Program-made: the position numbers and the translations under genes
Sequence record: DRR378314_1164
Reading direction: 5' to 3' (one strand)
Length of the DNA stretch: 53,714 nt
Shown here: piece by piece, positions 11,549 through 21,241 of the stretch
Layout: each line of letters starts with the position of its first letter
Position numbering within the stretch: the first letter of the stretch is position 1
Notes under the pieces: generated by a model
What the model saw: the letters and a program-made list of their open reading frames with translations, nothing else
What the model was told of the DNA's origin: nothing
The model's database searches: none

Positions 11549-12798
11549 CAATTTCCCGAGAAAGGTGTGTCGTCACTCTTTTAATAATTGGTTATTTATT
11601 TCTTATAGGATTAGGGTTTGAGGGAATAGGCAATCGATTCAGTTCAGTTGAGGGTTATAATTATCGTGGATTAAGCTTTACCAGTTCTCTCTTAGGCGGA
11701 TGTATTCTTTTGTTTACCTCATTTTTTTTACCTTTATCGAGAACTAAAGTTTCGACTTTTGTAGTTTGGATTGTTTTTTATTTTCATATAATTCCAACCG
11801 TTTTATTGTTTGATGCAGCTATTGATGTTGGTGCGTTGCGGCATGTTTTTTATGTTTTTTTCGTTTCAATTTCTTTTTCATTGGTCGGGGTGGGGCTTAG
11901 GGTTAAAATTCCTTCAATAAGTTTTTTAAAAGTTAGCGACAATATTGTTTTTTTTATTTTCTTGATTGCTTGCGCCTTTCCAATATTCATTCTCTATAGA
12001 GACTTCGGTTTTAAATTCTCAGCTCCTTCTATATACGATGTCTATGGAGTCAGATCAGAATATAAATCTAGCGCATCGGACTTAGTAGGTTATTTTTCAA
12101 TACTTATTGGGTATTTTTTTTCACCCATGCTAATTTTTCTTGGAATCATCCTTTTTAGAAAAAGTAAATTATTTTTGTCGGTGATTTTTATTGGATTAGC
12201 ATTCTTTATGTCCTACCAGGTTTTCGCTATCACTGGTTTTAAAAGTGTTGCATTTATGCTGGTAGTTGTTATCGCTTATGCTGCTGTTTTGATGAAATAT
12301 AAACGAGCCAGTCACGGCCTTTTGGTTTCAAGCCTTTTCCTGGGACTTATTGTGTTTGCTTTTGCGTTGAGTTCGCTTTTAGGTTTTGATGATTTATTGT
12401 TTCACTGGGTACGAAGAGCTTTAATTTCACCGGGAGTTAACAGTTTGTATTTCTATGAATACGAACTGTTGAATGGATTCGGCGAAGGTGTTTCTGCACC
12501 AAATGTAATTTCAAAAAGTTACTATGGAACAGATGGTTCTGCTAATACGGGGATTATAGGTGATGGAGTATTCAAATATGGAGCATTGTTTTTTTGGATT
12601 AACTGTCTCGTGTTCCTTTTTTACATGAAAGCATTAGATTTTTTTGTTGGAAAAAATAACAAGATGGTAGCAGCGCTCTTTTTACCAGCAGCTTATGCGC
12701 TTGCGAATAGCTCTATATCTACGGTTTTATTAACATATGGTTTTGTTCCTATGATTTTATTCACTTTTTTGTTTCGGAAATTTATGAAAAATGCATAG
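11539..12798 (+). CDS. wzy: Probable O-antigen polymerase Wzy
   Basis: About 10-11 TM segments, F/I/L-rich, AT-rich, located between wzx and the glycosyltransferases; DVYGVR and ANTG loops. Confidence 0.7.
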   Translation: MSLTISRERCVVTLLIIGYLFLIGLGFEGIGNRFSSVEGYNYRGLSFTSSLLGGCILLFTSFFLPLSRTKVSTFVVWIVFYFHIIPTVLLFDAAIDVGALRHVFYVFFVSISFSLVGVGLRVKIPSISFLKVSDNIVFFIFLIACAFPIFILYRDFGFKFSAPSIYDVYGVRSEYKSSASDLVGYFSILIGYFFSPMLIFLGIILFRKSKLFLSVIFIGLAFFMSYQVFAITGFKSVAFMLVVVIAYAAVLMKYKRASHGLLVSSLFLGLIVFAFALSSLLGFDDLLFHWVRRALISPGVNSLYFYEYELLNGFGEGVSAPNVISKSYYGTDGSANTGIIGDGVFKYGALFFWINCLVFLFYMKALDFFVGKNNKMVAALFLPAAYALANSSISTVLLTYGFVPMILFTFLFRKFMKNA

Positions 12799-13900
12799 TA
12801 TTGTTCACCTTACCTCTGTCCACCCCCGTTTTGATACTCGGATTTTTTTGAAAGAATGTACCTCTCTTGCAAACTATGGATATTCCGTAGCTCTTGTCGT
12901 GGCTGATGGCAAGGGGGATGAGAGAAAAAAAGGGATCGCCATTCATGACGTTGGAGCATCTAAAAGCCGATTAGATCGTATCCGGAATGCTCCTACAAGG
13001 GTCTTCAACAAAGCGTTGGAGCTGAATGCAGATGTGTACCATTTGCATGATCCTGAGCTATTGCCAGTCGGTGTTAAACTCAAGGAGTCGGGAAAGGTAG
13101 TTATTTTCGATGCCCATGAGGATGTACCGAAGCAACTTCTTAGTAAGCCTTACTTAAATAGGCCTGTAAGGTGGGTATTGTCTAAATTCTTTGCAGTTTA
13201 TGAGAAATTTGCATGTCGAAAGCTTGACGCTGTAATTGCGGCCACACCATATATTCGTGACAAGTTCAGAGGAATAGGTGTTCATTCAGTAGATATTAAT
13301 AATTATCCGTTGATAGGAGAGCTTTCTGCCGGGGAGGTGGACTGGTCACAAAAAAAAGCTCACGTAGCCTATGTGGGAGGGATTGGACGAATTCGGGGAA
13401 TTTTTCAAGTGATTCGCGCCATGAGGCTTGTTCAATCAGGAGCTAGTCTGCAGCTAGCTGGTAAGTTTGGAAACGAGACTGATCAGCAAGAAGCTCAAGC
13501 TGATGCAGGATGGCAACAAGTTGATGAATTAGGGTTTGTTGGGCGTGAGGAAGTCAGGAGTGTATTAGCTCATTGTGTTGGCGGGCTAGTTACTTTTTTA
13601 CCGTTACCTAACCATATTGACGCTCAACCAAATAAGATGTTTGAGTACATGAGTGCTGGTGTCCCTGTGATCGGTTCAAACTTTCCGTTGTGGGAAGAGA
13701 TCATAAAGGGAAATGAATGCGGTTTATGTGTTGATCCTCTCGATCCTTGTGCTATCGCAAAGGCGATTGATTACTTAGTTACTCACCCGAGAGAAGCTGA
13801 AGAAATGGGAATCAATGGTCAGGAGGCTGTGCGGAAGGTGTATAACTGGCAAGTTGAAGAGCGAAAGCTCATTCATTTATATAAAACACTGACGGATTGA
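12791..13900 (+). CDS. Glycosyltransferase family 4 (WbpH/WlbE-like)
   Basis: [43 protein letters not shown]. Confidence 0.88.
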   Translation: MHSIVHLTSVHPRFDTRIFLKECTSLANYGYSVALVVADGKGDERKKGIAIHDVGASKSRLDRIRNAPTRVFNKALELNADVYHLHDPELLPVGVKLKESGKVVIFDAHEDVPKQLLSKPYLNRPVRWVLSKFFAVYEKFACRKLDAVIAATPYIRDKFRGIGVHSVDINNYPLIGELSAGEVDWSQKKAHVAYVGGIGRIRGIFQVIRAMRLVQSGASLQLAGKFGNETDQQEAQADAGWQQVDELGFVGREEVRSVLAHCVGGLVTFLPLPNHIDAQPNKMFEYMSAGVPVIGSNFPLWEEIIKGNECGLCVDPLDPCAIAKAIDYLVTHPREAEEMGINGQEAVRKVYNWQVEERKLIHLYKTLTD

Positions 13901-13906
13901 AATCTT

Positions 13907-14980
13907 ATGAAAAAAATTCTAACCGTTATCGGTGCGCGACCTCAATTCATAAAAGCCAGCGTGGTCTCTCGCGCCATAAAACGAACAGATGGCATTGAAG
14001 AAGTTATGCTGCATACAGGGCAGCATTTCGACGCTAATATGTCGGACATTTTCTTTAATCAACTTGGGATACCTAGACCGGATATTCAATTAGATATTCA
14101 TGGTGGTAATCACGGCGAAATGACCGGACGCATGCTGACGGAAATCGAAAAGAGTCTTTTAGCAGAGAAACCGGATCGTATTTTAGTGTATGGGGATACC
14201 AATTCTACGCTTGCTGGAGCATTGGCAGCGGCAAAATTGCATATTCCAGTTGCTCATGTCGAAGCGGGTTTGAGAAGTTTTAATATGAAAATGCCGGAAG
14301 AAATTAATCGTATTCTTACTGATCAAATCAGCGATTTACTTTTCTGTCCCACGACTACCGCGGTCAAAAACTTGGAAAAAGAAGGCTTTATTGATAAGTC
14401 GGTAAAGGTATTGCAGGTAGGAGATGTCATGCAAGATTCTGCTTTACTATTTGCTGAAAGTGCAATCGCTCCAACCGATAATGTCCTCCCTGAAAGATTC
14501 ATTTTAGCGACTCTTCATCGTGCTGAAAACACCGATATCCCTGAGCGCTTGGCTAATATAGTTAGTGCGTTGAATCAGATACATAAGAACTTAATTCCGG
14601 TAGTTTTGCCTCTTCATCCGCGTGCAAAAAAACTAATTAACCAAGCGGGTCTTGAGTTAAATGTTCACTTAATCGATCCGGTGGGATATTTCGAAATGGT
14701 TTGGTTGCTCGACCATTGTCAATTAGTACTGACAGACAGCGGGGGGGTTCAAAAAGAGGCTTTTTTCTTTGGGAAACCCTGTGTAACAATGCGAGATCAG
14801 ACAGAATGGGTGGAGCTGGTAGAGTCGGGGGCCAATGAGTTAGTTGGTGCTGATCAGCAAAAGATAGTAGATGCTACTAACCGAAGCTTAGGACGTAAGG
14901 TTAAAGATACCGAACAGTTATACGGAGGTGGTGAAGCTGCGCAAAAGATTGTGGATGAGTTGGTGGTGTCTGACTTATGA
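13907..14980 (+). CDS. wbpI: Non-hydrolysing UDP-sugar 2-epimerase (WbpI/WlbD-like, gives UDP-ManNAc3NAcA)
   Basis: GARPQFIK, HTGQHFD, GDTNSTL, HVEAGLRS, PEEINR, TDSGGVQKEA; context of wbpABDE. Confidence 0.85.
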   Translation: MKKILTVIGARPQFIKASVVSRAIKRTDGIEEVMLHTGQHFDANMSDIFFNQLGIPRPDIQLDIHGGNHGEMTGRMLTEIEKSLLAEKPDRILVYGDTNSTLAGALAAAKLHIPVAHVEAGLRSFNMKMPEEINRILTDQISDLLFCPTTTAVKNLEKEGFIDKSVKVLQVGDVMQDSALLFAESAIAPTDNVLPERFILATLHRAENTDIPERLANIVSALNQIHKNLIPVVLPLHPRAKKLINQAGLELNVHLIDPVGYFEMVWLLDHCQLVLTDSGGVQKEAFFFGKPCVTMRDQTEWVELVESGANELVGADQQKIVDATNRSLGRKVKDTEQLYGGGEAAQKIVDELVVSDL

Positions 14981-16200
14981 AAAAAACTGTTTGGATTGTT
15001 AATCAATATGCGTCTACGCCGGAATTCGGATTTGCTGGCAGACATTATTACCTAGGAAAAGAATTAGCTAAACAGGGCTACAATGTTTATTTAATTGCTT
15101 CTGCGGGGCACCACCTTCTGCGTAAAAAACCCAGCGTTCGTTCCAAATTTAGAATTCAGAGGGAAGCCAATCGGTTTAATGTTGTTTGGACGAAAATGCC
15201 TCACTATAGCCAAGCTCATAGTAAAATCAGAGTCATTGGCTGGTTTCTATTTTCTTGGCGCATTCGGGAATTGGCGAAAATAATTCCTGATCCTCCCGAC
15301 GTTGTAATCTGTTCGTCTCCATCTTTACTCTCATTTCTAGGAGCTAGAGATTTGGCTCGAAAGTTTAGAGCGAAACTGGTTTTCGAAGTGCGGGATATTT
15401 GGCCGATGACCTTGGTGGATATAGGAGGCTACTCATCCCGACATCCATTTATTCGTCTCTTACAATGGGTCGAGGATATGGCATATCGTGAATCCAACCG
15501 GGTGGTGTCCAATCTTGAAAATTCGATAGAGCATATGATTAATAGGGGAATGGAAAGAGAAAAATTTGCTTGGGTGCCAAATGGTTTTTCGATGGACGAA
15601 GTTGAGTTGAATGTTAAGCTGAATGATAAGGCATCCGAGCAGTTACCAAGTGAAAAGTTTATTATTGGCTATACAGGAACGCTTGGGGTTGCGAATGCCT
15701 TGGGTTGCATCATAGATGTTGCAGAAAATTTGAGAAAATTTAGTGATATTGCTTTTGTCTTGGTTGGAGATGGGAAGCAAAAGCAAGAATTGCAGCTTCA
15801 AGCTAGGGAAAAAGGATTGACCAATGTTCATTTTGTGGACCCAATCCCTAAGGCGGAAGTACAGGCTATGTTATCGCAGTTTGACGCATGCTATATCGGT
15901 TGGTTGAACGATCCGCTTTATCGTTTTGGTATCGGTGCAAATAAGATTCCCGAATATCTATATTCAGGTAAACCTATTATTCATGCATTCTCAGGTTCGT
16001 GTGATCCCATTCTGAAGGCCGGCGCAGGTATACAAGTACCTGCAGAAGTTCCTAAGGAACTCGCTGATGCTGTATTGAAGCTTTATAATATGTCTCTCAG
16101 AGAGAGGACAAAGATAGGAACCAAAGGACGAAATGCTGCTATTGAGCAATACGAGTATGGGCAACTGGCAGAAAAGCTTGCTAAGGTGCTGTTCGATTGA
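14977..16200 (+). CDS. Glycosyltransferase family 4 (WbpJ/WbuB-like)
   Basis: VNQYA..P, FEVRDIWP, VPNG, YTGTLGVANAL, NKIPEYLYSGKPI. Confidence 0.88.
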   Translation: MKKTVWIVNQYASTPEFGFAGRHYYLGKELAKQGYNVYLIASAGHHLLRKKPSVRSKFRIQREANRFNVVWTKMPHYSQAHSKIRVIGWFLFSWRIRELAKIIPDPPDVVICSSPSLLSFLGARDLARKFRAKLVFEVRDIWPMTLVDIGGYSSRHPFIRLLQWVEDMAYRESNRVVSNLENSIEHMINRGMEREKFAWVPNGFSMDEVELNVKLNDKASEQLPSEKFIIGYTGTLGVANALGCIIDVAENLRKFSDIAFVLVGDGKQKQELQLQAREKGLTNVHFVDPIPKAEVQAMLSQFDACYIGWLNDPLYRFGIGANKIPEYLYSGKPIIHAFSGSCDPILKAGAGIQVPAEVPKELADAVLKLYNMSLRERTKIGTKGRNAAIEQYEYGQLAEKLAKVLFD

Positions 16201-16424
16201 GTTGTTTTTCGCTTCGCATTTTTTAATTATGAATTTAGGATTAATTTTCAAATAGTCTTAGCTGTTGCTGAAGCTTGCAGCGGTTTTCTTCTCTGTAATA
16301 TTTACGAAATCTTTAAGTCTTTAGACAGAAACCCTCTGGTATCCTAAGATTTACTCAAAAGGGTCGGAAACCATGTTAATTGGCATCGGAGCCGCAAAAG
16401 ATAAAATTTTATTTAGGAGTGTTT

Positions 16425-16973
16425 GTGATTCGATTGTTTGATTTTATGTTTGCGTTCTTTGGATTAGTAATAGGTTTCCCTATACTTCTGCTTTTGTTGC
16501 TTATCGGTTTTTTTGATACTGGTTCCCCTCTCTTTTTTCAGGAAAGAGTTGGCCGTGATAAGAAACTATTTACTCTTGTAAAATTTCGCACGATGCGTAA
16601 AGACACCGCATCTGTTGCTAGCCATTTAGCCAGTGCGTCATCTATTACGAAGTTTGGTCACTTTCTACGCCGAACGAAGCTTGACGAGTTACCCCAGCTT
16701 TGGAACGTCCTAAAAGGCGAAATGAGTTTGGTAGGGCCAAGGCCCGGGCTTCTCAACCAAGAAGAGTTAACTGAAGCTCGGGAAAAATATAATGTATTTG
16801 ATGTTCGTCCGGGTATTACAGGGTTGGCTCAAGTTAATGAAATAGATATGTCGACTCCTGAACTGTTGGCGCAAACGGATGCTAAGATGATTAACTCGTT
16901 AAATTTAACGGCTTACTTCCGGTACATCTTTCTGACAGTAACCGGTAAAGGCTCCGGTGATCGCGTAAAATAG
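16425..16973 (+). CDS. Small monotopic undecaprenyl-phosphate sugar-1-phosphate transferase (PglC-like)
   Basis: RLFD, FFQERVG, KFRTM, RRTKLDELPQLWNVLKGEMSLVGPRP, RPGITGLAQV; GTG 16425 after AGGAG. Confidence 0.9.
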   Translation: MIRLFDFMFAFFGLVIGFPILLLLLLIGFFDTGSPLFFQERVGRDKKLFTLVKFRTMRKDTASVASHLASASSITKFGHFLRRTKLDELPQLWNVLKGEMSLVGPRPGLLNQEELTEAREKYNVFDVRPGITGLAQVNEIDMSTPELLAQTDAKMINSLNLTAYFRYIFLTVTGKGSGDRVK

Positions 16974-17010
16974 ACTCTCACTAGAATAGAAAAAAAAAGG
17001 ATTTTAAATT

Positions 17011-18843
17011 ATGTGCGGTATTGTAGGCGCGACGTCCGAGCGTCGCGTAAGTGAAATTTTGCTGGAGGGGTTAAAACGGCTGGAGTACCGGGGCTATGAT
17101 TCAGCGGGTCTCGCAATTATTGATAAAAACCATAAACTCCAAAGCACCCGCCGTACCGGAAAAGTACAGGAGCTGATCAGTGCCTTTAAAGCTAATCCAT
17201 TAGATGGCACTACTGGCATTGCTCATACGCGCTGGGCAACACATGGTGGGGTTACTGAGGCTAACGCCCATCCGCACCTATCAGATAATGAAATTGCTGT
17301 TGTTCACAACGGTATTATTGAAAACCATGAAACGTTGCGCGAACAATTACAAGCTCTGGGTTATGTTTTTAATAGCCAGACCGATACTGAAGTTATAGCT
17401 CATTTAATTCACTATGAGCGTAAAACACACAGTGATTTACTAAGTGCAGTTAAAGCAACCGTACGCCAATTGGAAGGGGCTTACGGTGCCGTTGTTATGG
17501 ATACCAAAGACCCAGAGCGTCTTGTGGTCGCTCGTTCCGGTAGCCCGCTAGTGATAGGCGTAGGCATTGGAGAGAACTTTGTTGCATCTGACCAGCTAGC
17601 ATTGCTTCCAGTTACGCGTAAATTTATCTATTTAGAAGAAGGTGATGTTGCTGACATAAATCGAACCAATATCAGTATTTTTGACCAAAACAATCAACCA
17701 GTAGAGCGCGCTGTTGTCGAGTCTGACAGTAATTACGATGCTGGAGGTAAAGGTCAGTATCGTCACTTTATGCTGAAAGAAATTTATGAACAACCCATTG
17801 CCGTACGCAACACCCTGGAAGGCCGCATCTCGAATGACACGGTGCTGGATGACGCATTCGGTAAAGACGCGAGTGAACTTTTAAAAAATATTGAGCATGT
17901 GAAAATTATTGCCTGTGGTACCAGCTACCATGCTGGCATGGTAGCAAGCTATTGGCTTGAGTCGTTAGCGAATGTTTCCTGTAGTGTAGAAATTGCGTCT
18001 GAATTTCGTTACCGAAAGTCCTATGTGCGCCCGAACAGCCTTTTAGTGACTATTTCCCAAAGTGGTGAAACCGCTGACACGCTGGCGGCATTGCGTTTGT
18101 CAAAAGAGTTAGGTTACAACGGCAGTCTTACTATTTGCAATGTTGCTACCTCTTCAATGGTAAGAGAGTCAGACTTAGCCTTTATGACGCGAGCGGGTAC
18201 AGAAATAGGTGTTGCATCGACAAAAGCTTTTACCACGCAATTAAGCGGGTTGTTGATGCTAACGGTGGCATTAGGTAAATACCAGGGTATGTCAAAGCAG
18301 CAACAAAGCACTATAGTCAGCGCGTTACAAACACTGCCGACGAAGCTAGAAGAGGCGGTGTCGTTAGCCGGTGAAATTGAAAAGCTGGCTCATGAATTTG
18401 CGAATAAAGAGCACAGTATTTTCTTAGGTCGTGGTAATCAGTATCCAATTGCAATGGAAGGTGCGCTTAAGCTGAAAGAGATTTCGTATATTCATGCAGA
18501 AGCTTACGCGTCGGGTGAGTTGAAGCACGGCCCGCTGGCATTAATCGATGATGATATGCCGGTGATTGTGGTTGCTCCAAATAACGAGTTATTAGAGAAA
18601 TTAAAATCTAATGTGGAAGAAGTGCGTGCACGTGGCAGCTTAATGTATATATTTGCCGATAAAAATGCGGAGTTTAAAGGCGATGATACTTTAAACGTAT
18701 TGAGTGTGTGTCACTGCGACGAAATAATTGCTCCTATTGTTTATACCGTTCCGCTCCAATTATTGTCTTACTATGTTGCTCTGGTTAAGGGAACCGATGT
18801 TGATCAGCCTCGTAACCTCGCAAAATCGGTCACGGTCGAATAA
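17011..18843 (+). CDS. glmS: Glutamine--fructose-6-phosphate transaminase
   Basis: [41 protein letters not shown]-terminal [11 protein letters not shown]. Confidence 0.97.
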   Translation: MCGIVGATSERRVSEILLEGLKRLEYRGYDSAGLAIIDKNHKLQSTRRTGKVQELISAFKANPLDGTTGIAHTRWATHGGVTEANAHPHLSDNEIAVVHNGIIENHETLREQLQALGYVFNSQTDTEVIAHLIHYERKTHSDLLSAVKATVRQLEGAYGAVVMDTKDPERLVVARSGSPLVIGVGIGENFVASDQLALLPVTRKFIYLEEGDVADINRTNISIFDQNNQPVERAVVESDSNYDAGGKGQYRHFMLKEIYEQPIAVRNTLEGRISNDTVLDDAFGKDASELLKNIEHVKIIACGTSYHAGMVASYWLESLANVSCSVEIASEFRYRKSYVRPNSLLVTISQSGETADTLAALRLSKELGYNGSLTICNVATSSMVRESDLAFMTRAGTEIGVASTKAFTTQLSGLLMLTVALGKYQGMSKQQQSTIVSALQTLPTKLEEAVSLAGEIEKLAHEFANKEHSIFLGRGNQYPIAMEGALKLKEISYIHAEAYASGELKHGPLALIDDDMPVIVVAPNNELLEKLKSNVEEVRARGSLMYIFADKNAEFKGDDTLNVLSVCHCDEIIAPIVYTVPLQLLSYYVALVKGTDVDQPRNLAKSVTVE

Positions 18844-18849
18844 TTACTG

Positions 18850-19902
18850 ATGAAAATATTGGTAACGGGAACAGCGGGGTTTATCGGTTTTCACACGGTA
18901 ATGAAGCTGCTTAAACAAGGTCATACCGTAGTCGGGCTGGACAGTATTAATGACTACTACGACGTAAACCTAAAATATGGGCGGCTACAAGAAAGCGGCA
19001 TAAAGCAAAGTCGCATTGAATACGGTGTAGCGGTTCGGTCTGATTTATATCCTGACTATTCTTTTGTGCAGTTAAAACTTGAAGATAAGCCCGCATTAGG
19101 CGCCCTGTTTGACCAAGAACAGTTTGACGCCGTATGTAACCTGGCTGCTCAGGCAGGGGTGCGCTATTCACTGGAAAACCCCAACGCTTATATAGACTCC
19201 AATATTGTTGGTTTTATGAATGTGCTGGAGGCTTGCCGCCATAACGGTGTTAAGAACTTGAGTTACGCTTCCAGCTCATCGGTGTATGGTTTAAATGAGG
19301 CTATGCCGTTTTCGACCTCGCACAGTGTGAATCATCCGGTTAGCTTGTATGCGGCCACCAAAAAGTCGAACGAGCTTATGGCTCATACTTACGCGCATCT
19401 GTATGGCATACAGTGCACTGGGTTAAGATTTTTCACGGTTTATGGCCCATGGGGGCGTCCCGACATGGCGCCCTTTATTTTTACCAAAGCCGCGTTAAAT
19501 GGCGAGACCATTAAAGTATTTAATAACGGTAAAATGAAGCGTGACTTTACCTATATTGACGACATTGTTGAAGGCGTAGTGCGGGTTATTGAAAGCCCAT
19601 GTCAAGCCAGTAGTAAATGGAGCGGTGAGCAGCCAGATCCGTCCAGCTCCTCGGCGCCTTATAAAATTTATAATATAGGTAATAGCCAGCCCATTGAGCT
19701 TATGTGTTTTATTGAAGCAGTTGAGAACGCGGCTGGGGTTGAAATACAAAAAGACTTGCAGCCTATTCAGCCCGGCGACGTTATAGCCACCTACGCCGAT
19801 GTATCGGAGTTAGAAAACGATATGGGATACAGGCCATTAACGCCGGTGAACGAAGGTATGAAACGTACTGTTGAGTGGTATAAACAGTTTTATAAAGTCT
19901 AA
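18850..19902 (+). CDS. NAD-dependent UDP-glucuronate 4-epimerase (Uge/CapI-like)
   Basis: VTGTAGFIG, LAAQAGVRYSLENP, YASSSSVYG, YAATKK, FFTVYGPWGRPDMA. Confidence 0.88.
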   Translation: MKILVTGTAGFIGFHTVMKLLKQGHTVVGLDSINDYYDVNLKYGRLQESGIKQSRIEYGVAVRSDLYPDYSFVQLKLEDKPALGALFDQEQFDAVCNLAAQAGVRYSLENPNAYIDSNIVGFMNVLEACRHNGVKNLSYASSSSVYGLNEAMPFSTSHSVNHPVSLYAATKKSNELMAHTYAHLYGIQCTGLRFFTVYGPWGRPDMAPFIFTKAALNGETIKVFNNGKMKRDFTYIDDIVEGVVRVIESPCQASSKWSGEQPDPSSSSAPYKIYNIGNSQPIELMCFIEAVENAAGVEIQKDLQPIQPGDVIATYADVSELENDMGYRPLTPVNEGMKRTVEWYKQFYKV

Positions 19903-19935
19903 ATTTCGTAATAAGAACGAATAATTGGATGTTTT

Positions 19936-21102
19936 ATGAAAATAGCAGTAGCAGGCACTGGGTACGTTGGTTTATCAAATGCGGTACTTTTGGCGCAGCA
20001 TAATAAAGTTTATGCGGTTGATATAGTAAAAGAGAAAATCGACCTTATTAACAGTAAGAAGTCACCCATTGAAGACAAAGAAATATCTGAATTTCTTGCG
20101 ACAAAACAACTGAACCTTAAAGCTACACTGAACCCTGAAGAGGCTTACGGTGATGCTGATTATGTCATTATAGCAACACCCACCGATTATGACCCCGAAA
20201 CTAACTATTTTAATACGGAAAGCGCTGAAGCGGTTATAGCTCAGGTTAAGCAAATAAACCCCGACGCTATAATGGTCATAAAGTCGACTATTCCGGTAGG
20301 CTATACCCAAATGCTGAAAGAGAAAATGGGTACCGACAATATTATTTTCTCGCCAGAATTCTTGCGCGAAGGTAAAGCGCTTTACGATAACCTTTATCCC
20401 TCGCGTATTATTGTCGGGGAGCGCTCTAAGCGCGCTGAGGTTTTTGCCAACTTATTAAAGCAGGGCGCTATTAAAAAAGACATTTCAACTTTGTTTACTG
20501 ACAGCACTGAGGCCGAAGCCATTAAGCTTTTTGCCAATACCTACCTAGCTATGCGCGTAGCGTATTTTAACGAGTTAGATACGTATTCAGAAGTACATGG
20601 ACTGGATACCCGTCAAATTATTGAGGGTGTGAGCTTAGATCCTCGTATTGGTGACCATTACAATAACCCAAGCTTTGGTTACGGTGGCTACTGTTTACCA
20701 AAAGACACCAAACAGCTATTAGCCAACTACGAAGACGTGCCGCAGAACATAATGCGCGCTGTGGTCGATGCAAACCGTACCCGAAAAGACTTTATTGCCG
20801 ACAGTGTTATAGCCCGCCAACCGAAGGTGGTAGGGATTTATCGTTTGGTTATGAAGCAAGGTTCTGATAATTTCCGTGCCTCTGCCATACAAGGTGTTAT
20901 GAAGCGTATTAAAGCAAAAGGCATAAAAGTAATAGTTTATGAGCCGGTACTTGAAGACGAACGCTTTTTTAACTCTCGTGTGGTGAACAACTTAGAAGCG
21001 TTTAAAGCTGAAGCGGACGTGATAGTGTCGAACCGTTTGTCCGCAGAGTTGCAAGACGTTGCTGATAAAGTCTACACGCGCGATTTATTTGGGAATGATT
21101 GA
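19936..21102 (+). CDS. ugd: UDP-glucose 6-dehydrogenase
   Basis: [45 protein letters not shown]. Confidence 0.95.
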   Translation: MKIAVAGTGYVGLSNAVLLAQHNKVYAVDIVKEKIDLINSKKSPIEDKEISEFLATKQLNLKATLNPEEAYGDADYVIIATPTDYDPETNYFNTESAEAVIAQVKQINPDAIMVIKSTIPVGYTQMLKEKMGTDNIIFSPEFLREGKALYDNLYPSRIIVGERSKRAEVFANLLKQGAIKKDISTLFTDSTEAEAIKLFANTYLAMRVAYFNELDTYSEVHGLDTRQIIEGVSLDPRIGDHYNNPSFGYGGYCLPKDTKQLLANYEDVPQNIMRAVVDANRTRKDFIADSVIARQPKVVGIYRLVMKQGSDNFRASAIQGVMKRIKAKGIKVIVYEPVLEDERFFNSRVVNNLEAFKAEADVIVSNRLSAELQDVADKVYTRDLFGND

Positions 21103-21108
21103 TAGCCA

Positions 21109-21164
21109 GTAGCCTGATGCTATTGCATCAGGTACGATCTTACCTGACGTGAATGTCAGGCTAC
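21109..21164. repeat. GTAG REP doublet (56 bp)
   Basis: gtagcctgatgctattgcatcagg + tacgatctta + cctgacgtgaatgtcaggctac, just after the ugd stop. Confidence 0.9.
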
Positions 21165-21241
21165 CGTAGCATTTTTGTTAGTTAGCTTATAAAATGCTGC
21201 GATTATTGAAGTGTTTGAAAAACGCATAAAGGGGAAATACT

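Noticed and set aside
16340-16380. Possible eroded 3' remnant of a WbpK/WbpV gene (reads LWYPKIYSKG)
   Set aside because: The resemblance to an SDR C-terminal W-x-P motif is too short to support a pseudogene call without alignment.
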